DNA from: Octopus sinensis
Lineage: Eukaryota
DNA: 64,000 bases
Reading direction: 5' to 3'
Assembly: GCF_006345805.1 (NCBI RefSeq)
Contig: NC_043010.1
Coordinates: forward strand, 61,070,001 to 61,134,000
This document shows positions 51,965-64,000 of this stretch, piece after piece. The notes beneath the pieces are model-generated. The model was not told where the DNA came from and made no database searches. It saw only the letters and a list, made by a program, of their open reading frames with translations. The position numbers and the translations under genes were made by a program. How positions within the stretch are numbered: the stretch's first letter is position 1; each line of letters starts with the position of its first letter.

Positions 51965-52400
51965 GACTGTTGAGAGCTTTGCTCCTGGTAGGGCCACCCT
52001 AGGTGGACTTGTCTCCTGGGAAGGTTTCAGACTAATGGTGACCTGCAGTGTTAGCTTGTTGCCCAGATGGCAGACCCACCAGCCAACAATTCTGCAGAGG
52101 ATGCTGTAGATTAGTTGGATGATGGGGGCTACTAACTTGGTGATGAGCTGATGTTACTGTTAGTCGGGAACTTCTGCAGGAGACCAGCCTGCCTAGGGTG
52201 GCCCACCCAGAAGAACCCTCAACTTGTTATACACTGATCAGAAGTATCTGGACTGCTCAACATCAGAATGGACACCTGCATGCCCCCAACCAACAAGGGG
52301 CTGGCATGGGGCCACTGACAATGGGGAGGTGGGCACTGGTGGACTTGGTCAGCTCTACACATGATGAAGTCTCTGGGACCGCTAACCTGGGATGACCCCA
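51965..52400 (+). mobile_element. Possible RTE (Expander/Rex3-like) 5' region remnant
   Basis: GCTCCTGGTAGGGCCACCC motif and a GC-richer composition; recognition only. Confidence 0.35.
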
Positions 52401-52554
52401 AACCACATCGAGAAAGAGCATGAGTGAGTGTGAGTGAGTACTCTCTATAAAGTGCTTGGTGTTAGGAAGAGCATAGAGCCATAGAAACCATGCCAAAATA
52501 GATGTTAAAAAGTAAGACTCCTCCAACCCATGCCAACATGAAAAGTAGCCAACT

Positions 52555-54300
52555 CTTCACATTCAGAGTTCAAATTTCACCAAGGTTGACTTTTCCTTTC
52601 ATCCTTTTGGGGCCGACAAAATAAGTACCAGTTGAATACTGGGGCCAATTAAATAGACAGCCCCATCCCTAAGCCTGCTGGCCTTGTGCCAACATTTGAA
52701 ACTAACCCCACCATCATCATCATCATCATCATGGCAGTGAACTGACAGAATCATTTCCACAATAAACAAAATGCTTGGCAGTATTTCGCTTTTTGCTACA
52801 TTCTGAGTTCAAATTCCGCCAAGGCTGACTTTACCTTTCATCCTTTTGGGGTCAATAACATAAGTACCAGTTGAACACTGGGGTCAATGTAATCGAGTCA
52901 TTTCCTGCCCCCAAAATTGCTGCCCTTGTGGCAAAATTTGAAACCATTATTATTATTATTATTATTATCATATGGCAAGCTGGCAGAATCATTAGCACGC
53001 TGGATGAAATGCTTAGCGGTATTTCGCCCATCACTCTGATCTGAGTTCAAATTCAGCTGAGGTTGACTTTGCCTTTTATCCTTTCGGGGTTGATAAAATA
53101 ATTACCAGTTGAACACTGGGGGTCGATGCAATTGACTCATCCCCTCCCCCCAAATTGCTGCCCTTGTGGCAAAATTTGAAACCATTATTATTAGGCAGGA
53201 AATTGGCAGAATCGTTAGCATGCCAGGCAAAAGGCTTACAGGCATTTCACCTGACTTTATGTTCTGAGTTCAAATGTCACTGGGGTCCATAAAATAAGTA
53301 CCAGTTGAACACTGGGGTCGATGTAATCAACTTAACCTCTCCCCACAAATTTCAGGGCCTTGTGCCTTTAATAGAAAGCTAGCAGAGTCATTAGCACACT
53401 GAACAAAATTCTTGGCAGTCTTTACATCCATCTTTACGTTCTGAGTTCAGATTCTATCAAGGTTGACTTTGCTTCTCATCCTTTCAGGGTTGATAAAGTA
53501 AGAACCAGTCAAGCACGGGGGGAGGGAGAGGGTGAAGGAAGTAATTACCCTCCACTCTTGAAATTGATGGTGTTGTGCCAAAATTTGAAACCATTATTAT
53601 TAAGGCGGCAAGGTGGCAGGGTCGTTAGTTAGCATGTCAGGTGAAATGCTTAGCAGCATTTCATCCATCTGAGTTCAAATTCCGCCAAGGTTGACTAAGG
53701 CTTCGAACTGGCAGAAACGTTAGCACGCCAGGTGGAATGCGTAGCCGTATTTTGTCTGCTGTTACGTTCTGAGTTCAAATTCCGTTGAGGTCGACTTTGC
53801 CTTTCATCCTTTCAGGGTCGATAAATTAAGTACCAGTTATGCTCTGGGGTCGATATAATCAACTTAATCCGCCTGTCTGTCCTTGTTTGTCCTCTCTGTG
53901 TTTAGCCCCTTGTGGGTAGTAAAGAAATAGGTATTTCGTCTGCTGTTACGTTCTGAGTTCAAATTCCGCTGAGGTCGACTTTGCCTTTCATCCTTTCGGG
54001 GTCGATTAAATAAGTACCAGTTACGCACTGGGGTCGATATAATCAACTTAATCCGCCTGTCTGTCCTTGTTTGTCCTCTCTGTGTTTAGCCCCTTGTGGG
54101 TAGTAAAGAAATAGGCATTTCATCCATCTTTAGGTTCTGAGTTCAAATTCTGTTGAGATTCACTTTGACTTTCATCCTTTCGAGGTCAATAAATTAAGTA
54201 CCAGTGAAACATTGGGGTCAATGTAATCAGCTATCCGCCCCTCCTCTCAAATTCCAAGCCTTGTGCTTTCAGCAGAAAGGATCATCATCATCATCATCAT
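52555..54300 (+). repeat. Head-to-tail array of about 9 tRNA-derived SINE copies
   Basis: The B-box motif GAGTTCAAAT/GAGTTCAGAT recurs about every 180-240 bp, all on +. Some units are separated by (ATT)n/(CAT)n tails; the units at ~53745-53930 and ~53930-54112 are near-identical. Confidence 0.85.
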
Positions 54301-54667
54301 CATAACAGAAATGCAGAATGACTTTGACCTCATATTTCCGACTGTAACAAGTTAGTCTGACAAACCAACACAGTCGAAATTTCGAAGTCCCAATCACTCT
54401 GTATTTTATTTTTGTATAACGAAACATTTGTACTTCAGTATGTAGATCGAATCCTATTTTCAGTGAATTTTACTTGCGGCTTACAATTTACCTTTAAAAT
54501 ACCAATAACACCAATATCGAAAATGTGTGTGTGTGGTGGGAGCGGGGAGAGTCAGAAAGCTTATGCTCATATAGGACACACAGACACACACATTCACGAG
54601 GCAGACGCACATGTAAGTGCACAGATAAACCACTTGAGTGTGTGTGTGTGTGTGTGTGTGTGCTTAC

Positions 54668-54826
54668 GTGTGTAAAGACACCACGGCCGCCGCTGTCTAT
54701 GCGATCGTACGGAGACCACTGACAGCGACCGACTGACCAAACATGCAGTTGTAGAAATCTACATATTTATGCACTCATAGACACACAGGCACGCGCGGAG
54801 GGCGATATATACATCGGCGGTACACG
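54668..54826 (-). other. Candidate non-coding (5'UTR) exon, 159 nt
   Basis: Minus strand has a long polypyrimidine tract, TCTAAT branch-like motif, TTGTACAG| acceptor and CAC|GTAAGC donor. CpG-rich, with stops in all three frames. Confidence 0.5.
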
Positions 54827-54959
54827 CTGTACAAATACATATTAGATAAAAAAAGGAAAGACAGGAAGACGACGGACAGAAAGAAAGAAAGAATGAAGTG
54901 GGAAGAATTAGAATATCCAGACAACCATCTGTCGCATGTAGCCATATATACATCCGTAG

Positions 54960-55052
54960 CAGATTTAAACACACACACATCAACATATCAATATATATAC
55001 ATACACACACGTTAATATATATACACATATCAATATATATATACACATATCA

Positions 55053-55087
<35 letters not shown>

Positions 55088-55401
55088 TCAATATATATAC
55101 ACATATCAATATATATACACACACACAATATATATATATACACACACACAACAATATATATACACACACAATATATATATACACACACACACAACAATAT
55201 ATATATACACACACACACACACACATCAATATATATACACATATCAATATATATACACACACACAACAATATATATACACACACAATATATATATACACA
55301 CACACACAATATATATACACACACAATATATATATACACACACACACAACAATATATATATACACACATACATACAACAATATATACACACACACACAAC
55401 A

Positions 55402-55432
<31 letters not shown>

Positions 55433-58400
55433 ATATATATATACACACACATACAACAATATATACACACACAACAATATATATACACACACACAATATA
55501 TATACACACAACAATATATATACACACATACAACAATATATATACACACACACAATATATATACACACACACAACAATATATATACACACACAATATATA
55601 TATATATACACACACATACAATATATATACACACACAACAATATACACACACACATACAACAATATATATACACACATAAATCAATATCTACACACACAC
55701 AAACACACACACATATATCAGCATATGTGTATATACATATATTCATGAACACAGACATATACAAATATATATACGCAAACATACATTATACAGACACATA
55801 ATGTGTAGTGTAGGCATACTTTAACATTCAAGCACATCTGTACTCTGTGTGTGTGTGTGAGTGTATATACAGACATATGTAGATGTTCGTAGTATTCGAT
55901 AAACATGTAGACAGGCAATATACATACACCGTGTGTGTGTGTGATTATATACCCGAATGATGTGTGTGCGGGTGCATGTCTATGCAGCTAAGCCGACACT
56001 TCGAAGTCACTGTCAACATTTTCCTTGAAAAATAAAATGAATCTAAGACTATTGAAATATATTCAATATTCCAACAAATGTTGACTTTGTGTGTATGAGT
56101 GGGTATATATATGTGCATGTATGTATGTATATGTATGTGTGTGTATGTATGTGTGTATGAGTGTGTGTATATATGTGTATGTATGTGTATGAGTGTATAT
56201 ATATGTATATGTATGTATGTGTGTGTATATATATGTATATATATGTATGTGTGTGTATGAGTGTATATATATATATGTATATGTATGTATGTGTGTGTGT
56301 ATGAGTGTGTATATATATGTATGTATGTGTGTGTGTATGAGTGTGTGCGTTGATATATGTTGATATGCTACGAGTGTATAATTATACACATTCGGAGCAT
56401 ATATATATATATATATATATAACTCAAATAGTATATTTGTTGTATAGACAGACAGACATACAGAGACGGACAGAAATATATATATATATATATACACATA
56501 TAGACACACAAATATACATATAAACAAATATATATATATACACACACATATGTATAGACATAGATGTATAAATATACACATACACAAACAATTATACATA
56601 CATATAAATTTTACACACAGACACATAAACAACTGTACATAGACGCACACAAGTACACACACACACCTATATACGCAATATATCTACATATATATACAAA
56701 CAAATATATAGACACATATTAACATACATACCAACGGGAACCTTCAGAAATCAGGTAACTACAAGGAGGAGGAGCGATACATACAGACATGTATACACAC
56801 ACACATACACACTGGAGAGTATATAGTCATACACACAATACAGTGTACACTCATCATACACAACACGTAGCTTGGAAAACACACACACATACACATAACT
56901 ACATGCATGAGGAGCAAACGCACACACAGACACAGCATACCTAGACACACTCAGTTTATACACACACACATACACACACGCATACAGACACAGCATATCT
57001 AGACACACTCAGTTTATACACACACACGCATACAGACACAGCATATCTACAGACATACGTTTACATATTGACACACAAACGCACACACAGACACAGTATA
57101 TCTACAAGCACACACACACACATACACAGGTTCAGCATATGCAGACACACATACGCACACACACCAGCCACTGCACACCTACATATTGACACACATACGC
57201 ACACACACACAGCCTGCCTACAACAGATACGCACAAACGTAACATATGCAAATACACGCCTACATATTAACATGCTCACGCACACACAGACACAGCATAT
57301 CTACACACACACACACACCTACATACTGAGAATACGTACACACTAACATATCTACAAGCATATTCACAAACGCACACACAGACACAGCCCATCGACACGC
57401 ACTGCATATCTACAAGCACGCATAAACGCACACAGACACAGCATATTTGCATACACACACAGAGCATATACAAACATATTTACATATCGACATACAAACG
57501 CACACACAGACACACAGCATATCCACAAACGCACACACAGACACAACGCATATGTAAATACAAACACCCACATATGTAAATACAAACGCACACACACACA
57601 CAGCATATCTACAGACGCACACACAGACACAGCATGTCCAAATACACACACACATTTACACATCGACATACAGACGCACACACATACGTACACACAGACA
57701 CAGCGCATATACAAACACCCACATTTACATATCGACAAACAAACGCACACACAGACACACAGCATATCTACAGCCGTACACACAGACACACAGCATATCC
57801 ACAGACGCACACACAGACACAGCATGTACAAATACACACACACATTTGCATATCGACATACAGACGCACACACAGACACACAGCGCATATATACAAACAC
57901 CCACATTTACATATCGACATACAAACGTTCACACAGACACAGTGCATATCCACAGACGCACACACAGACATAGCATGTACAAATACAAACACACACACAC
58001 ACACATTTGCATATCGACATACAAACGTACACACAGCATATCCACAGCTACAACGACACACATACACTCACACACACACATATATATATATATATACACA
58101 TACGTACACACACACAGACAGTTACATGTGTCAAATACAAATTCTCTCCTCCTCACCCATCCCCCCACACATACATGCACACAGTTTGCATGGAACCTCG
58201 CGCGCGCGCGCACTCTCTCTCTCACACACACACACACTCGTTTCTTTCCGTCTACATTCCATCGGCTGGCTTAAATAGACACATATGTATATACAGACAT
58301 GTACATACACACATACATACGCAGACATGTACATACACACACACATACGCAGACGTCTACATACACACATACATACGCAGACGTGTACATACACACATAC

Positions 58401-59390
58401 ATACGCAGACGTGTACACACACACACATACATACGCAGACGTGTACATACACACACACACATACACAGACGTGTACATACACACATACATACGCATATTT
58501 ACACAGACATGTACATATACATTGACATATATTCATACACTTAGACATGTACAGGCGTAAATGAACACATACATATATATACATACACTTACATGTCCAT
58601 GCATAAAGGTACACATATATAGATACATAGACATGTATAAGTACATTCACACACATATACACATACATGTATACGCACACAGATAGACACATATTCACAT
58701 ACATGTACATACACATATACCGACATGTACACTTACGTGCATAAAACCATATTCGTATCCATATAGACATGCACACGCATACAAGCGTACATATACAGAC
58801 ATATACACACACAGATATGTACGTATACAGACACATACACATACAGATGTGTACACGCACATATTTATGTACACAGACACATTAAGCATACACACAAACA
58901 CACACAAACGTAGATATATTCACACCTATGCAGACATAACACACACATAAACACAGCCAAGTACACATATTCACACCTATGCACTGATATGCAGGCATAT
59001 TCACACGCATACCTATGAATACATAGACATGTATATTCACAGTCACCCACAGGTACACAGACATGTCCACACACACACACACACACACACATATAAAGAC
59101 TGACATGTAGATACACATTCATACATGTATATAGTTCAGCCTTTTTTTCTACATCGATAAACATATACAAATATATATATAGTACACTGTCAGCTACACA
59201 TACATACATGAGAGGAAGTTGTTTTGAGCAGATATACACATTACAAATGCATGTAGACACACACACACACACACAGCTATACATTGTGTGTGTGTGTGTG
59301 TGTATGTGTGTGCCTATGATAGTGTATATGCATTTGAGTGTGTGTGTGTGTGTATGAGAGCAAGAGAGAATGTGTGTGTATGTCAATGTG
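54960..59390. repeat. Large compound CA/TA microsatellite-minisatellite field
   Basis: (ACAATATATAT/ACACAC) units at 55.0-55.7 kb, CACAGACACAGCATATCTA-type units at 56.9-58.1 kb, and ACATACGCAGACGTGT-type units at 58.3-58.5 kb. Confidence 0.95.
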
Positions 59391-59611
59391 TATATACGCC
59401 TGTGCGTGATTGAGAGAAAGAAAAACGAAGTGTATATACGTGTGTTAATGTGTATGAGTGTGTATGTGTATGTGTATTAGTATGTTTGTGTGTAATGAAG
59501 TAAGGTCACTTTGTCACGCTAGATATGTATTAAATGTATATATATGTGGATGGATGGATGGATGGATGAATAAAGAAAGGGTGAAAGATGAAACAATGCA
59601 ATGAAATTTAC

Positions 59612-59723
59612 GAAGCACATCTTCAATAAATAGATGAAGGCAAACACATAAGATAACAATTTGTCGACATATTTTTTTTTGTCTTCTTTCTATCCCTGCC
59701 TGGTTTTGTGGTTGGGGGCAAAA

Positions 59724-59757
<34 letters not shown>

Positions 59758-60120
59758 GCCAAAAACAAGCAAAACACGAAACATCAACAAAAACAACATA
59801 AAAAACCTCCGAAATTCCAGCCGAGTGTCGGGTTTAAATGACAGCCTAAGTCTTGCGCACTTGTCTGGAGTTGGTGCTGTTCTGCTTTACCGCCCACTCA
59901 TCCAGTTCTTCGCTCGACAGCAGCCTTGCACCCTCTCTCAGGCCAGGCGAGGGCTCCATCTGCTTCCAACACTTCAACAACAACAACAACAACAAAACAG
60001 AAAGCGGAAAAAAAAACAAAAATCCGTATCAGCGACGAATGTCTCTTGTTTAAAGTGAAACGTTTTGAATATCGAACTTGAAAAATATTCTGGGGTTTAA
60101 AAAAAAACCAAACCAAACAT
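59612..60120 (-). promoter_or_regulatory. CpG-rich unique segment; candidate first exon / TSS region
   Basis: High CpG density relative to the window, non-repeat sequence, and possible donors GCG|GTAAAG and TTC|GTAAAT (exon end 59612). Confidence 0.3.
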
Positions 60121-60482
60121 AGATTAGATAATTTATTTACTTATTGCAGCCGGTGTAAACACTTTAAAGTCCCTGCTTCTTCACAATTTCCTATTAACAT
60201 ATTATTATTATTGTTGTGGCTGTTGTTGTTGTTGAATCTAGTTTGCATGTCAGCCCACCAAACATGTATACTTTAACGCACACACATACACACTTAAAAA
60301 TGTCTGTGTATATAGATAAGGTTTTCTTGTGAAATCCTGTCACTGAGTTTATGGATTAAAATTCTATGCAAACGAACATGCAACACTCAAGCATTACATA
60401 TACACATACATTACATAGATTCAGATATTCATACATAAACCTCTTTATTGGACAAATAAAGGGGAACACCTTAAGAAAAATG

Positions 60483-60513
<31 letters not shown>

Positions 60514-63500
60514 AGCATATTTTCCTTTTTTGCAAGGTTAAATAATAACTGATTGGTTGTTTATTTAATATCTTCCTGATATATACTTTATCAATTCACC
60601 AAAGACAAATTAGGATTCTATCTTGGAAGATGGTGGCACCAAATTAAAGGACATTGTTAAGACCATCTGTCTCTCATCTGTTCAATCTCACGGCTTAATA
60701 TTTTAAGGGAATATTTGGACAACTGAAGTATTCAGTTAAACAAGGAAATTACTACTAAATTTACTACAGAAGTTAAATTCCCAACCAAGTAAGGTTTCTT
60801 TTTTGTGTGACCCTTTCCAATTGTCGAGATTCTTAGACAATAAAGGCAACAACAAGCACAGCAGAACGGGTGAAGGGGTAACTTGCAGAACAACAACAAA
60901 AGGTTACAACGTCCCTGACAGCACTATTAACAATAAGAGAAGATTGCTAGTCTTAGTTGTTAAAAGGTGGACAGAAAGGAATGTGAGAAAAATAATTGAA
61001 CTCTGCTTCTTCTAAAAAATACTACGAAAGCTTACCTCCTACGTTGTCAAAAATCCCAATGTTTTTCGATCTGTACACAACATGGTGGATAAGATGAAGT
61101 TCAATGTGTGGCCAAATGCTGATAGTAAAACCTGTTAAGACGGTGTGTTGAAAATATATCCTCGTACCCTATTGTAAGAAAATGATCACAGCTATGATTC
61201 AAGAAAGGACTCTATGTAGTCATGGCATTCATTAAAACCTTCGAGAAGACTGCACTTTAGGTTTTCTTTGAGGAAGAACGGGTCACGGGTGGATTTGGAG
61301 GTCCAGCTAGTTTACCTATGAAATTTACAACTCCATTTCAGGTGACTCGTTCTGCATAAAATCCCCGGAAGGTAAAACAAAAGACTATTTCGGTTTAGCA
61401 CAAACGTTTAAACAAACATTTTAAACAACAGCAGAAGATCAACAATAGCTGAGCTATTAAGGTCAATCCTCTGGTTGGTGTCACAATTTCACAAAGACGA
61501 CCAAACTTAAGCAATGTCAATCCTTTCGTCCTTCCATATTTAAGTGCAATATGGAAGTGCAAACGTTGTTACTTTATTGGTTTGCAGAAGGGAACATGAC
61601 AAAACCAAAGATTATAATAGTGAAGAGAAAAAAGACTTTCATAGAAACTAGAGGGGGAAAATGGGCCTTGAAGTAATTTCACAAAGTCACTAACGCCAAT
61701 GGACTTGATTGCTCTTATGTGTAAAATGAAGGGTAACATCAGGAGCAGCAAGAACAACACCAGTTCTGCCCGAACTTTTCAGCTCTCTTTTTAGGATGCT
61801 GTTCTTGAACAGAAGGAAGTCAGCTAAATGAAAGTATCTTTGAACAAAGTTCCGGAAAATAAGACTTAATTGAGGGACTACACCAGCTGTCTTTGTATGA
61901 AAGCATGGAATGTTTCAATGTTGACGGGTTTTTAATCGGCTAAGTTACCTGTATATAAAGATTTCTCAGAATTTTCTGATATATTTTCATCTATTTACAA
62001 ATGATTTAATATGAGAGAGTGGGGGTGGGCTAAAGGTGACGGTTCACGATTTGATTCTCGAGTGTAGTTAATCCATTTTCCCTATTGACTGGTGAAAGAC
62101 AATTGCTGGCTTTAACATTTTTCCAGGAAGAAAAAACGTTAAACGTATATAAGATCAAATTATCGAGGAAAACTCCCCATAACTACCTCCCCAAGGAAAC
62201 AAAAAGAAAAAAAGGCGAGTCAAGCAGTAGATGACGGGTGGGGGTAACGGGTAGTACAGAATTGTCTTATAAAACGTGTCTACCATACTAGCAAGATTAT
62301 CATTGACGTAAGTGAAATACTTTTATGTACTAGATCACAGATATCATTATGTAATAATGTTGTGGGTATTCAACTGATAAGATACCCTAATGCAACTGTT
62401 AGATAGCCCTTTTATAATAACGTAACTGATAATTAACCACTCCTGTACAATCAGCGCTCCCTTACACTTCTTGTGTCGCCATATCCGGTATTGAGTTCAT
62501 TTTCTGTTCCCTCCATATTAAACAAAATTATTTCGTAAATGACAATGCTATTTCGTGTTCTCTATTTCTAATTCATACTTTTGTTTGTGCCATATTCATG
62601 TTTAGCTCAGAATTCTTGACCATTTTGCCAGGTTAGGAACATTTTCTGTGGCTCTTCGATAAATTCTGAAATAAGAACGACGTCATCGCCTTTTATAGGT
62701 TCTTGAGGACATCGTGTCCTGAACGCCCGTGTTTATATGTATCTATGAGAATCATAATGAATGGTTAAGGACTGAGGACGGAGCCTCGTAGCCTCATCAG
62801 ACATGAATCTTGGAGAGAAATCCTACGAACCAATATATGGTTCCCTTCAACTCAGGGGAAATAAGTGAAGGAAGTCTTCAGGATTTCGATTCTTAAAATG
62901 ATGGAATCCATTTTTACAGCAGATTCTAAATATCTCATCTATCGGTTCTGGTTCTAGTTGCTATTGTTTAAACCCAGGTCAGCTACGATTGAACAGACAT
63001 ATAATTAAAGGCGTTCTAGCCGTGACCATCCTTTTTTAAAAATATCTAAACCATCAACCAATATGTCCTCCCATTTTTAAGACGGCAAGATGTGATTTGA
63101 GGGAATTTGCTTGCTATTTCAGCTGATCAAGCGACTGCAAAATTGTTCCCTTCTTTCCATAAGGTTAAATAGAGAAGAGGGGGGAAATTTTATCAAGGAA
63201 ATCATTGCCCTTTGTTACTCAGAGACATCATCTGCAACAACAACAGTTAAGTTTACTGCTAGCATATTTAACGTAATTAATATTAACTACCTAATTAACA
63301 TATTTAATGTAGCGAATATTAAGTAATCTATTTAATAGAGTACATTTATCAGTGATTCACTCATTACGGGTTGGCGATCAAAGATTCTGCTTAGACCACA
63401 AAAGCTCGCCCCAGCGACAATATTCAGGACAACTTGGGGTCTTTGAACGAAACCTGCATTCCCCATATTTTCTAATATTCATTAATTACTGATTCATTAG

Positions 63501-63526
63501 TAGTAATTGTTCAATTAATATAATGA

Positions 63527-63745
63527 AAGCGGTGAACTGGCAGAATCGTCATCACGCCGGAAAAAAATTTCTTAGCGACATTTCTTTAGGCCTTACGTTC
63601 TGAGTTCAAATGTCACCGGGGTTGATCTTACCTTTCACCCTTTCGGGGTCGATAAAATAAGTACCATTTGAACACTGGGATGGATGTAATCGACTTAGCC
63701 CTTCCTCTGCTATTGCTGGCATTGCGCCAACATTTGAGATCAATA
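63527..63745 (+). mobile_element. tRNA-derived SINE
   Basis: Same head and central domain as the copies at 6327 and 44614. Confidence 0.75.
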
Positions 63746-64000
63746 TATTTAATATAGTGAGAGGTGGTGAATCCCCGTCGTTTGACGATGAGGATCCAGT
63801 CGTTCGTTCAATTGAATTATCTCCTCCTGAACTTATGTAAAAATGGCTGAGCACTCTACGGACAGGTGTTGACTTCACGTAATTCTTGAGCACAATCAGT
63901 ACGTGACAAGACTTTACAATTACCATCCAACCAGGCAGGTGTTTCTCTACAGATTCCATCGACCCAGTTCAATCACAAGTTATGAGTTGATCCACGTTTA

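Noticed and set aside
62770-62810. Minus-strand CUGAUGAG... motif
   Set aside because: No GAAA after the stem, so not a hammerhead.

Overview
Eukaryotic, repeat-saturated DNA. The SINE families, the (TA)n/(CA)n load and the single-exon C2H2 gene are most consistent with an octopus (coleoid cephalopod) genome; this is pattern recognition, not a database match. The only convincing protein-coding gene is a 1027-aa C2H2 zinc-finger protein (17703-20786, minus). It has 15 intact fingers with a 4-finger periodicity, and its N-terminal third looks like an in-frame array of decayed fingers that have lost their zinc ligands. Candidate non-coding upstream exons near 54.7 kb and 59.6-60.1 kb suggest the gene spans about 40 kb of transposon-filled introns. 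The rest is decayed Tc1/mariner/maT, hAT, piggyBac-like, Helitron-like, RTE, R4/Dong-like and Penelope-like elements, SINEs and microsatellites. The main non-coding signals are: (i) several hammerhead-ribozyme-like motifs, including a complete type I fold at both tips of a ~3 kb palindrome next to a Penelope GIY-YIG endonuclease ORF, plus minimal palindromic-stem-III variants; (ii) a nested inversion/duplication at 45.3-48.4 kb with microhomology junctions; (iii) a head-to-tail SINE array. The large palindrome and duplication could be assembly artefacts and need read-level checks. Almost all other ORFs in the track are microsatellite or low-complexity noise.
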